Assembly: GCA_010909165.1 (NCBI GenBank)
Contig: MU008172.1
Coordinates: 930,001-994,000 of the forward strand
From: Anthoceros angustus
Taxonomy: Eukaryota > Plantae > Anthocerotophyta
DNA length: 64,000 nucleotides
Reading direction: 5' to 3'
Shown: positions 24,636-36,762 of the stretch, in pieces
How positions within the stretch are numbered: position 1 is the first letter of the stretch
Layout of the letters: each line of letters starts with the position of its first letter
Notes under the pieces: model-generated
Seen by the model: only the letters and a program-made list of their open reading frames with translations
What the model was told of the DNA's origin: nothing
Database searches by the model: none
Program-made: the position numbers and the translations under genes

Positions 24636-25597
24636 ACTCGGGGGACGAATAGCTATTGAGCGTAGGACGACCAGCCTGAACCATTGTCATTAGGGGTCGT
24701 ATGGATGTGGCTCCCCACTTCATGTGTCCATTACGCCCATCCTTTCCAACTTAACCGCGTTAGATGGCTGGGGGGCGCCGGCTGGCCGGCGCCCCCCATT
24801 CCTCGTGTCGCTGTTCGTGCATAACTTTATCTAAAATTGAAGAAGTTGCAATGACGGTTGCACATACCACTTGTTTTAGGCTGAATATTGATGGACTGTG
24901 TCATGCGAATATGTTGCGTGTGATAAGCGGTTTAGGGTATTTTATCGCAACACCACGGCATGCAACATGACCCCTACGGGCATATGCCATTCCAAAGGAA
25001 GTGGTGACCATGCGGATATCAAAACATGTGGAATGTGCCCTTGTGGACAAGCATGGGCGCCGCCAGCCGCGCTCAACATGCCACGCCGTACCACATCCAC
25101 CTGTTCAAATTCATTCTGAAGGAACTGGTGGCCAAGTGGATAGCAAACATGTTCCATGTGACCTTCACACGAGTGGTGAGGGCGCCGCCAGCCGGCGCCC
25201 CCTCCCTTGCCTCACCACTGCGTACCGAAAATAGGTGAAGGATCACACATTAAACCTGAACGGGAAACGAAATTTTCTTCCCCACAAATATGTTTGATGG
25301 TTTGAACCTGTCCGCGAAATTGCATAACCCTTCCATAGTGGCGTTGGATTCGCAGATGTCTGATAACGGTATTGCTCGACCGGCAAACAGGGTGTGCATT
25401 GTGGGTCTTGTTTTGGCCGAAACAAATGGTTAAGGGAAGAGGGTCACCCTTCGGCATATGAACCAACGGAAAACTCGTATGATCCAAGAGCCGGACCCTT
25501 TTTTTCGCTATAGTTTCCACATAATAGCTGAACCCACAGCTTTTAGACCCATCACCAACCCTCTTCAGCGGTTATTCACAAAAAACCCCCATCGAGG

Positions 25598-25627
25598 ATA
25601 TTCCCCCCCTTCAAAATTTATGGTGTT
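25598..25627 (-). repeat. Right TIR
   Basis: ATATTCCCCCCCTTCAAAATTTATGGTGTT, the exact reverse complement of 11740-11769. Confidence 0.92.
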
Positions 25628-26259
25628 AATTGCTGGTCTTGTGTCTCCAGCTCCGCACGCTTCTCTTCCAGATTGTTCCGGGTTCGTCTCAATTCTTCCT
25701 CCATGTTCCGGATTCTGATGGCTTGGGTAGCCATCACCTGCTCCTGCGCCTCCACTTGTTGAGTCGCCTGTCTCTCTCTTCCTAGAGCCTCGACCTTGCT
25801 CTTGCTCTCCTGCTCTAGGTGGGCAAAGTGCTCTTCCGCCTTTTGCCTCCAAGAATCCCGTTGGGTTGTCGCCCGAATAGCTCTCTCCTCGGTTTGTGAC
25901 AACTTCCCCTCCAGGACCTTCTCCGCGCGCCGTTGATCCACAAGGTCCCGCTGGAGTTTCTCCACGGCCTTCTCCAGCTTGGCCGCCTTCTCATCGGACT
26001 CCATGGCCTCCAATTGCCATTTGGTCCCTGCTCTCCTTTCCGTCATCTCTTGGGCCTTATTTGCCCGGACTTCTTCTTGACATGCCCATAAGGAGGCTGC
26101 TAGCTCCCTAGCCCCCTTCAAATCCACTCGGCTGAGTGCCTCGCAAGCACTCAGCAAATCTCCTAGGGGCCCAAATTCCGCCCCCGCTGGCCTCTTGCTG
26201 GAAATTTCCAGCTCCTTCGCGCTCCTTGGACCATCGCGCGGCGGCGTGGGTCCTCTCAC
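25626..26259 (-). pseudogene. Coiled-coil ORF truncated by the right TIR; probably part of another TE
   Basis: 213-aa E/K/R/Q-rich heptad-like ORF whose stop codon lies inside the TIR. Confidence 0.5.
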
Positions 26260-26361
26260 CGTCGCCCCATCCGCTCTTCCACCCAGTGGTGATGGCGGCT
26301 GGCGCCGCCAGCGCCTGGCTCTCCTTCCCTTCCCTACCGCCGTGAGGCGCCTCTGGGCATG

Positions 26362-26490
26362 GGGTGCCTACCGCGGTGGTGTTCCCCGCGGTAGTCTGCG
26401 TGCCTACCGTGGTAGTCTGCGCTTCCTCTCAGCCTACCGGCGTAGTGTGGCAGCCTACGGTGGTGATGCGCCAACCTACCACCCCTACAG
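26362..26490. repeat. Short imperfect direct repeats GCCTACCG(Y)GGT(R)GT, 4-5 copies
   Basis: gcctaccgcggtggt, gcctaccgtggtagt, gcctaccggcgtagt, gcctacggtggt, acctacc. Confidence 0.7.
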
Positions 26491-26689
26491 TGCCTTTCCT
26501 GCGGGGGTCGTTTGCCCGTTTCTTTTCCCTGGGATATTCTCTTTGCTTCCCCACCAATACCCTACAGCTCCAACTCCAAGTTTCTCAGGAAATTCCCAAC
26601 ATGCTCCCTTCCAATCGATTTTAGCCAAAAAAAATCAAGTCCGTTCTTCCTCCGGTTCTTTTGGGATGGCTGCCCAAACTTTTGCATTC

Positions 26690-27278
26690 CACAAGATTGT
26701 CGCAGGATGAGCTGCAAGAGTTGAGGAGACAAATGTCTAACTTGCTAGCCAAGGGCTATGTAAGAATCACAAAGTCTCCATTTGGTGCGCCAGTGTTGTT
26801 TACGCGCAAGAAGAATAGAGGATTGAGATTATGCTTGGATTATAGAGCACCCAATCAGATAACAGTGAAGAATTCATATCCTTTGCCAAGGATGGATGAC
26901 CTGTTTGACAGATTAAGAGGTGCTAAGTATTTCACGAAGCTGGATTCAATGGCAGGCTATTACCAGATTCGCATCGTAGAAGAACATGAATATAAGATTG
27001 CTTGTAGAACAAGGTATGGATCTTTTGAGTTCCTCCTCATGCTATTTGGACTCACTAATGCACCAGCCACATTCCAGACTCTCATGAATACAATATTTAG
27101 AGATCTGTTGGATAAGTGTGTTGTGATTTACTTGGATGTCATCTTAATATACAATTCTATCTTATAAGAGCATGTCCAACACTCGAGGAAAGTGTTAGAA
27201 AGTAGCTATAACAAAGTGTGACTTTGTTAAGGAAGAGATAGACTTCGTCAGATTCATTGTTTGTAAGGGAGTTGCAAC
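26690..27278 (+). mobile_element. Ty3/gypsy reverse transcriptase, degenerate
   Basis: RLSQDELQELRRQ..LLAKG, SPFGAPVLF, LRLCLDYRA, YPLPRMDDLFD, FTKLD..AGYYQIR, FGLTNAPATFQ; catalytic YLDD reads YLDV, followed by a stop. Confidence 0.9.
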
Positions 27279-27621
27279 AAGCCTTGCGGATTTGTTTGCT
27301 CTACCTTATCCTGCTGGTAGTCTATACAAGACTTAACATACTCAGATGCTTGTACATCCCGAGGCCCGGTTAAGCGGTTTTCAACTTCTCATGAGTTAGG
27401 TCAATCCCTCGATGACCTGCACTTGGCACATCATAACACTTTGCAAACAACTTCCTCCTCAACTATTGAGAATCAGGAATCACGATCCTGTTTTGCTTGA
27501 AAATCAACAAGCCATCTCTAAGCTTAAAAATTTAGATTCCAGTTGCTCCACTTCATTGATCTGGTCCTGTACCAATGGATCTCGCAGATAAGCTTCCTTG
27601 ATCTGCGTGTGACTGTCCTTT
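27271..27621 (-). mobile_element. Ty3/gypsy integrase N-terminal zinc-finger fragment, inverted relative to RT (duplicated at ~28102-28452)
   Basis: LRRKLFAKCYDVPSAGHRGID.T...L...FNWPGMYKH...YVKSC..YQQDK...PQGLLQ. Confidence 0.8.
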
Positions 27622-27957
27622 CCCTACTAGAAAAGGGCACCCTATGTTACACTTTATGTTAAGATTTGGACCCCTGGATGTAACACTCATGTTGCAATTT
27701 TGGGGTCATGTAACACTTATTGGGCCCCTTGTTACACTTTGGCTTGGAAACCATACCCACAATTTGTTGCAATCATGTTGCAATGGTGTTGCAATTATGT
27801 TAAGATGAAGAGAGGTGGTTTTGCCTCTCTCAAAATTGCAACATGATTGCAACATCTAAAGTGTTACAAGAGAGGTCTTGTAACACTTTTGGAGGCTTGG
27901 TACGAACCTCCTCCCCATCCACTATTCCTCTTACTTTTGCCCTTTGCAATACCACGT
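27622..27957. mobile_element. Duplicate of the left end of the CACTA-like element
   Basis: CCCTACTAGAAAAGGGCACCCTATGTTACA preceded by TTT; part of the ~830-bp tandem duplication 27127-27957 / 27958-28792. Confidence 0.8.
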
Positions 27958-28452
27958 TTTACTTGGATGTCATCTTAATATACAATTCTATCTTATAAGA
28001 GCATGTCCAACACTCGAGGAAAGTGTTAGAAAGTAGCTATAACAAAGTGTGACTTTGTTAAGGAAGAGATAGACTTCGTCAGATTCATTGTTTGTAAGGG
28101 AGTTGCAACAAGCCTTGCGGATTTGTTTGCTCTACCTTATCCTGCTGGTAGTCTATACAAGACTTAACATACTCAACAGTATGCTTGTACATCCCAGGCC
28201 AGTTAAACAGTTTTTTCAACTTCTCATGAGTTAGGTCAATCCCTCGATGACCTGCACTTGGCACATCATAACACTTTGCAAACAACTTCCTCCTCAACTA
28301 TTGAGAATCAGGAATCACGATCCTGTTTTGCTTGAAAATCAACAAGCCATCTCTAAGCTTAAAAATTTAGATTCCAGTTGCTCCACTTCATTGATCTGGT
28401 CCTGCAATGGATCTCGCAGATAAGCTTCCTTGATCTGCGTGTGGTATCCTTT

Positions 28453-31400
28453 CCTACTAGAAAAGGGCACCCTATGTTACACTTTATGTTAAGATTTGGA
28501 CCCTGGATGTAACACTCATGTTGCAATTTTGGGGTCATGTAACACTATTGGGCCCCTTGTTACACTTTGGCTTGGAAACCATACCAGAAGTTGTTGCAAT
28601 CATGTTGCAATGGTGTTGCAATTATGTTAAGATGAAGAGAGGTGGTTTTGCCTCTCTCAAAATTGCAACATGATTGCAACATCTAAAGTGTTACAAGAGA
28701 GGTCTTGTAACACTTTTGGAGGCTTGGTACCGAACCTCCTCCCCATCCACTATTCCTTTACTTTTGCCCTTGCAATACCACGTTTTACTTGGTAGTTACG
28801 CCGTCGCCCTTCAATACGACCATATATAAATACATGCGAATACATCCTTATACTATACACATGTAGTCTACTAAATGTAATATATTATTCTAAGTGCTAT
28901 ACTTATTCAATTCCATATAAAATAAGTTTGTATACTATTATGCATACATATTCATGATGCGGTACTATGTATTTACTATACGTGTAAATAGCGGCTCTTT
29001 CTACCCCTACTTTATAGCATGCATGCGGTTTGTCCTTCCACGTCACCAATAGCCAACGCCATGGCCCCACCGGCCCCCACCTATCACCTTAATGTGACGC
29101 ATCACGTGAGGTTATGCCCCTACAAGATTGTCTTTGCGGAGGAGTTTGGTATGCTCGGCTTATGCTTTTACGCCTCCATGTAAGGCACTTCCTACTCGTC
29201 ATCGTATGCACCTCGAAACTTCCGCCTCCTGCTCGATTCCCAATTTTCTTCTTCCTCCCTCACGCCACGGACGCCTGCCCCGCCGCCCGGCATCGGGCCG
29301 CCGGGTGATCCACCTCCGCCACCCGCTCCTCCTAGTCCCCTCGTTTTGGCTGTCCACTGCACACAAGTGTGTTTCCTCCACATGTGGCCTTCTGCCCCCC
29401 TCGTGGTCCACCACCCGACCTCGCCTCCACACTCATTGTTCCCGCCATTCACGGCGTCAATCCATCGATCCCAACGGCCTCCACCCTCATAAACATGGCC
29501 GTCACCTTCTTCCGGGCACTCCACCCTCTCCAACTGCTTGCGCCCACGTGACACAACCCTCGTCGCCCTGCCTCCATTCACACCATTCCTGCATGGCCCA
29601 CCAAACTGGCGATCGTGGTGTCGCGGCACCACAATTTCCCCACATTAGTCGCTTCTCACCTCCCCTCGCCTCATGACCGCATGGCCCGTCTCCACTTCAC
29701 ATCTCTTTGTCATCGCCTTTCCCCCTTCCAATACCCGCCAGCCCGCCTCCTCTCCTCCTCCTCCCAAGCCCTCCCCGCTTATTCCTTCCTAGCCTCTCCA
29801 CGTCCACGCCACCACGTGCACCACCCGCCCCACCTTCCTTCCTCGGAAGGCCACCATATCGGGATCCATCTCCAATTCAATGTCATTGCAAAATGGTCAT
29901 TTCCTTGTTCCTTAACAATGGCTCGAATCTGGTGTCTTGTCATACACTCCCCGCCTTACCTCTGTAGGAACTCGCAGAACCCCCACTATCGCGGACCGCC
30001 CACTCGCATGGAAATCGTCCTCTTCAACCTCCCCATGCCTCGCCTTCTTGGAAACCGCCCATGTTTGATTCTCAAACCTCACCACCAGCCAAGACGCCCT
30101 TTCCCCATGGGTTTGGACCCATCCCGTTTTGGCTAGCCTCTCTTTTCGCAATTTCGTACTTGATGGCTCAAACTTCCCGGCTCACCCCATCAGCCCATGC
30201 AAGTGCATCTTCCCACTTCGTCATCCACCATGCTCGGTTTCTTCCATGTCCTCCCCCCTACCATAATGAAGGAGGTCAAGAGGGCATCATGCAAGTACCT
30301 TTGATATGGGCAAGGCCCAGGCATGTGAAAGGGGAAGGACGGGGACGTCAGCTAATGCGGATCCAAGAGGCATGAGGATACGTGCTCAATTTCGTGCGAC
30401 ACATATCTGCACTCCGGCCGAGAGCATGGACCTACATAGTGGAGCCCAGTTGAGGCAACGCGCGATAAATAAAGAGGAAAAGAGGAGGAGGAGTAGAGGC
30501 GGCGTACGGTGGCAAGGGCACGCCGGCAAGAAGATCAAGAGGAAGCCCATGGGCAAAAGATCGAGGAGCGGGCGGTAAGGCAAATGGTCAGCTTTGATGT
30601 GGACACCTTATACCTGGGTAACTCATGATGGCCATGCTGGTTTGTATGTGCACTTGGTGTGCACACTTTGCCGGCGTGGAGGAAGCGCAGAGAAGTGGCA
30701 AAGCTTGCTCCACGACATATGTCGACTTGACAAAGTCCGGAATATTAACGGACCACTAACTGCTTTCTAACGCCCCGCCATCTTGCCACCCGAGTTCATT
30801 CACAACCTTCGTCCTCACGGTACCAGATTCTGCGTGCCTTGCTTCGCCGCCGAACAACATGAGTCCCTCCCCGCTTCATGTGGTTTTGCATGGCCTCCTT
30901 GACCATTTCACCCCATGCTTGTTTATCAAGGCTTTAACGATTGCATCGTTGTCCACCGCACTCACCGCCAAAGATCCAGACCTCGTCATCACCGCTGGTT
31001 AGAACACCACCCCTTGCGTAAATTGATTGCGCCATTCGAGATCAAGTGCGTCGGCTTGGTCCGCCTCACGCCGCTTGTCCGCCCCTTCCACGATTCCACT
31101 TTCCCTTCTTGCAATCGCCGCCACCGCCTGCCCTCGAAGGTTGCCTCCCTTGTCCCCATGCTTAAACACCGCATGCCGTGTGCTCTGTGTTACCCGCTTG
31201 TCCACCATGCCCACTCACCCGCCGCAAACTTGAGCGTGTGCACACTTTGCCGGCGTCACTTGCGGCAAAGTGTGCACTTGGTGTGCACACTTTGCCCGGC
31301 ATCACTTGCGTTAAATCGACCGCGACAACCAACCTCATCCGACGAAATAGCTCCTCCTCTATGTCGTTCAATTCTTGCGCAATGCTCCAACTCCGCATCC

Positions 31401-34400
31401 GTCGGGCCGAGGTTCCGATCTCGACGTCGTCAAAATCAACTCCTGCTCAGCAGCCATCTCGCCCTCGCCTCTTACCTTCGGCCGTCTTGATGAGGAGGCC
31501 GCTTCTTGGTCGCCGATGTCGAATGAAGACGCCGGTGCGGGGATGAGCGACCCGAGGCCGGTTGCCCCCATCCTCCCCACCGCACGGTCCATCGCCGCCG
31601 ACGCCGCCGGGCCGCCCGGTGGTGTTCGCTTCACGCGACTGCCCGCAAGCCTCACCGCCATACTCTCCACCTTGTGAACCGGTTGTCCACCGCCTGCTCC
31701 ATGTCAAGGCAATGGCTTCCCTCTCGGGTGAAAGGCGCGGGCCATGAGTCCGGTATGCATTCAAGACACCCATTTTGAAAAAGCTTGTTTGCAAAGGCCG
31801 GTGGTCATTTATCGCTATCTCGACCAGCCACCGCCTGCACTTGCTACTTGCCCATAATCACAGCTCGACCACAACCTCGATGCATGGAGCAATTTTCATG
31901 TCCCATTGGTTCGTTGCGTTACTCGTGATGTATGATATTGCCCAAATGGCGCAGCCTCAATGCCCCCATTACTCCATTTTAAAGAATCATCGACTTCCTC
32001 GACCATTCCCACACGCCACTTGGGTATTGGCACATTCCGCCATTGGATCTGCTTGTTTGTTTGGAAATACTTTAATGCCCACTTGGCATGCCGGTTTTGC
32101 CCCCATCCGTTCAGCTACTCAAACGACATGCCACAATCTATGTGCCACAGCATGGGTTCCTCCTCTCCATCCCTCGCCGGAGTAGGCACGGCCAAGGCCC
32201 ACCCTGTTTCCATCCATCGCCTCGGATGCATCATGCATCGAGTTACTGCGATGGCCACACAAATGGACCATCGATGGAGTGCACCTGACACGGAAACCTT
32301 CTCGGTATTCACAAGGTCAAACCCGATTATCGACTTCGCGGCGATGGCCTTGTCCCTCTGGCCGACACTCGTACCATCCAACCTTCAATGTAATCGGATT
32401 ATACTCCTCCGAACGCATCCGCAGATTTGCTCTATGTGGCCGTAGAAGGCGCTCCTCTTGAGCTCCCGGCGTCCCACCATGATAAACTTTGCGACACGCA
32501 CTATCTTTTGTGCTCCGCCGCTTGTCCGCCTGCTCGAGGTGGCTGCCTTTGTTCCACATGTGACTATGTGCCGCTTGCAACGCAGGCCATCCATTATAGC
32601 CCTCACTTCGTGGGTCATAGCAGATGCCTCCCAAGCGCCACCGCCCTTCTTACATGCACCCACCTCTTGAAACTTCGTTCCTCATGTGCACCGTACATCC
32701 TCACCTCTTCGTCAGACATGTCCAAAACGGCTGCATCACCTTCGTGTGATACAAAGACATAAGTATGGGCTGGCGCACCTCAGCGGCATCCATTGTGTAT
32801 GGCGGCACTGACTTTTCTCCCACACGGTCCTCGGGACTCCATGATCCACCGACGTGACCATAGTAGCGGAGGAATGACATGCCGAAATGCATACTCTCCT
32901 CTCTCATATACCCCACGGCTATCTTGGACTCTGGTTTTGGCGCCGTCCGCTCGATCCTAAGTATCTCTCCGGGTACATCCACAGTGTGCCCAGGCCAATC
33001 ACCACCTCGTCCACTAAATGTATTATGAGGTGGGTTGATATATCAAAGACCTTTGGAGGAATTGCTTTTCCAGAGCACATCACCCGCATGACCTCTTCTC
33101 GTTGTGCTTGAATTTCATGGCGGTATTGTCCGTGGCAAATCCATCTGTCTGATCGACCCAATTTCACAACCGCCTTGTACACCTGGGTCTATGCACTCAA
33201 GGACGATGGGAAGATGATTTCCAGCATGATGTGCGATCATGGCACTTCAAGCCCACTTTGCCCCCTCTAATTTCGCTCCTATGTTAGACCCATAGCACAT
33301 GGGCGGCTTTATGCGTTTAATTCTCTCTATGACTTGGCGGAGGTCGTCTTTCGCCAAAACGTAAGACGCCTCAATGGCCCTTCCACCGCCACAACCACCT
33401 TTTCCCTCCATTGGCTTCCATGTCCATCCTTGATGCTAGGTCGTCTCGCTCTCCCGTCAAAGTGTGCCATATGGCCTCTGCATTGTTCTTTTCCACGCAT
33501 GACATCCTTTGGCGCCATCACAAGAAGGTGACGCCAATATGGGAGCACCCTAAGCAGAAGACATCCGCTGCTCCAAAATTTCCTCGCCGGATCTCGGGTG
33601 GCGACCTTCTCTGCGTACCATATCATCACCACATCATCAAACGCTGGTGGTGGGGACGGAGTTCCGCCGTCCATCGTACAAGTCCATGTCTTCCACCGTC
33701 GCTATCGCCGGGCAACCACCTCCTGTGCCAACATAAACCTGCTTTTTAATTGATGAGAATAGCGGGAATCCAGTCCAAGAATCCACACACGCCGGGTCCC
33801 TTTCACTTGCAATCCAGGGTGCCCAACCACAGGTAGTCGGCAATGACGCTCAAAGACCGCCGCACCTAAAATGCCTCCTAGGATCGTTCACCGGTATTGA
33901 AAAGTCTTCCATGTCCACCCCTCTCCACAGCTCTTCCAGTTCTTCTACCAGGGGCGCCATATAAACATCAAAATTTTTTACCATGCCCGGTCCTGGGACA
34001 GCGGGAGCGAGGAGGAAGATGTGGAGATGGCGGATGCTGAGGTTGAGGAAGACATGCTGACTACATTGCCACCACATGAAATTGGAGAATTGACGGAGCA
34101 CCTGGCCGGTAAGCCATTAGACGATGTCATAGCCGTGTTGTGCAGGCTACATGGGCATGGTGGAGTGTACATGGCTGTGAGCCGGTTATGCGATGGAGGG
34201 TGGGTAGAGAATGAGGAGGCGGACGAAGAGTCGTCCGATGAGGAAGGACGAGTGAGGAAGGCCTTCCACCGGTGTGTTGGAGCTAGTGTGTGCAAAATGG
34301 AGCCGATGATGCCATGGTTACCACGAGTTTGCGAGAAAGACCGTGAGGAAGGTAGAGTATGAGTTTGCAAGTATAGAGCGCGAGGATATTGTGGCGGGTT

Positions 34401-36570
34401 TGCGGTGCATCGCGGACAAGGAACCACAATGTGGGCAAGAAGGTGCGCAAGCACTGTGGAGGGAGAAGGGAAGGATGCAAAATGGTTGCATCCGCCTAAT
34501 GTGAGCACGAAGGCATGGAGAAAGGGCGGCAAGCCGTGGTGACGCTAAGCATGGTGGTGTGTGGCCAACACCAGCCGCAACGCCGGCAAGAATTGCGAAG
34601 CACGAGCATGGGACGAATCCCTTTGGTCCAGTAGGAGCAAAGGAGTTCGAAAAACGGTATGTCCAACGCTGGGGAGGGAGCGCAACCCTGGATGAGTTGA
34701 AGTGGGCAGCAAGGCATGGATTGGACAAAGATGCCGAGTAATCGAGTGGTAAAATAGTCATTGACGGTTAATGGAATGCTTGGTTGTGATATGTAGGTTT
34801 CGCTATGTAGGACGTGGAGCGTGATGCGTGTGCATGGTGCAGGGAAGAAGGGAAGGAAAAGCGGTGGAAGGTGAAGGCCAGTCGTGAAGGAAGGCACGTA
34901 ACCCAAAGTGGAGAGAAGGAAGATGGAGGAAGGTGCCAAGCAGGGGCGTCACCGTCAAGTGATGCCGGAGGCAACGTGGATGGTGGGGATCCGGAGGTGT
35001 GATGGCACCGACAAGGCGATCACACGATCCGTGTCAAAAGCGTGAGTAGGGTGGCAACCCGACATCGAGAGATTGAATGCTATTCGCTTGCCGTCTGTAA
35101 TTGTGGAAGTGGTGATTTGGCAGCCTATGGGGCCGGAGTGAAGGGCTAGCCATTGAGGCTAGTGGGTCGAATGCCACGGAAGGTGGACCACACCAGAAAA
35201 CGAGGAGGTGCCGAGCAAGAGGGTCAAGCAAAGACAACGGGTGTTGAAGCCGCAAGAGGAGTCTGAGTGACGGTGGAAGGGGTGTAGGCGCAAGTGACAT
35301 AGGAATGGTTGGTACCAGTCTATGGGTAGGGGGGCCGTTTGTGGAGGGGGAATGTGAATGGTCAGAGATGTTTTCCTGCGGACGATGGAGTCGCCAGTGC
35401 ATGGGTGGACCGGTGATGGTCAATTAGCAACAAACAAGAGGGAATTGGTCTGCCCACCTTTGTAGCCTAGCATTGACATGGGTCCTTTGCCGTGAAAGTG
35501 GTTATAGAGGTCGCTGGATAGGTGTAGGAAGATGTGGAGGAACCCTGAAACCATTGGTGTTGGTCCAAGAGTCACCAGTCGCCCGCACACATGTTGAGCA
35601 CGCCGCAGACGCATGCCCATATCACGTGGAGTTCATTGCATCGGTGGAAACAAAGTCAAGGGATAGAGGACGATTGAAGTGTCCAAAAATTTGATTTAAA
35701 TTGTCAATAAAATCAAACACTTAGATATGTAAGGTATGAGAGTGACGTAAGGGTTAGCACATATATATTATTATATAAACAAGTCTTGATGCCTATATAT
35801 GTACACATACGTATACAAAGAGGCATGTAAATACACTAATATAATAGAAGTATAACAGATGGATGTGTACATATAAACGCATACATACTTATGTCTTGAA
35901 GCCTACAAACATATATATGTATATTGAGTATATGCAAAGGAGGTAAAAGGGAAGGAAGGACAGAAGGCAGAGAGAGAGGTCATTGTAACAAGCAAGTTGA
36001 AAGAGGAATAGTGGAAGAGTATAAAATGGTCGTGATAGGGAGGTCCTTCTCACATCATGAAGGAGGAGGAGAAGTGAAAGAGTATAAAAGGGTGTGATAA
36101 GGGGCAATAAATAGGAGGGTGAGGTGAGAGGAGAGAGACCAAGTATTGTGTTAAGATGGGGTGAGAAGGTGGATAAGAAAAGGACACCTTGAACACCAAG
36201 CCACCATAAAGTGTTGCAATTTTGAAGTGGTACATGAAGTGAGAGACCAAGCATTGTGTTAGGATGGTGGGAGAAGGAAGAGAAAGAATGGACCAACTTA
36301 ACACCAAGCCATCAAACCATCTGGAAGTTGGAAGTGGTACATAAAATTGCAACACGACGTAGGCGGTGGGAAATTATTAACAATGCTTGTGAGAGAGGGT
36401 GTACCCGGAAGGGGAGGTGGGAAGAGAGTGCCAGTTCGTGTTAAGATGGTCGCACACAAACGGGAGAACTAACAAACTTAATACCAACCCTCCAAAACAT
36501 GTTGCAATGTGGAAGTGTAACAAAAAATTGCAACATCCACTGTAACATAGGGTGCCCTTTTCTAGTAGGG
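28453..36570 (-). mobile_element. CACTA/En-Spm-like DNA transposon, degenerate
   Basis: TIR (C)CCTACTAGAAAAGGGCACCCTATGTTACA matching 36541-36570; TTT on both flanks (3-bp TSD); many subterminal GTTGCAAT / TGTAACAC repeats at both ends; TnpD motifs on the - strand. Confidence 0.88.
31800..35000 (-). pseudogene. CACTA TnpD-type transposase remnant (coordinates approximate)
   Basis: VPGPGMVKNFDVYMAPLVEELEELWRGV, APKDVM, PPKVFDISTHLIIHLVDE...WMYPERY, PESKIAVGYMREESMHF. Confidence 0.8.
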
Positions 36571-36762
36571 TTTGGTTCAATCACCATCTATGTTGCAGCT
36601 AGTGTAGGTTTTTTCAGCGTAAAAGCAGTTACTAAACCTAAACTCTGCTTGCGATTCAAGGCATCTGCCACGAGATTCTCCTTCCCAGGCTTGTACTTGA
36701 TGGACACATCATATATTGCTATAAAATCTTGCCATCTAGCTTGTCTAGCACTTAGTCGTAAC
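36571..36762 (-). mobile_element. Ty3/gypsy RNase H C-terminal fragment, contiguous with the inverted integrase piece once the CACTA element is removed
   Basis: RLSARQARWQDFIEQYDVSIKYKPGKENLVADALNRK. Confidence 0.85.

Larger units (their letters stand above)
11740..25627. mobile_element. TIR DNA transposon (Sola-like transposase) carrying a ParB-like/N4-N6 DNA methyltransferase gene
   Basis: Perfect 30-bp inverted repeats at both ends; transposase motifs on the + strand in the right half; methyltransferase motifs on the - strand in the left half; TSD not resolved. Confidence 0.85.
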
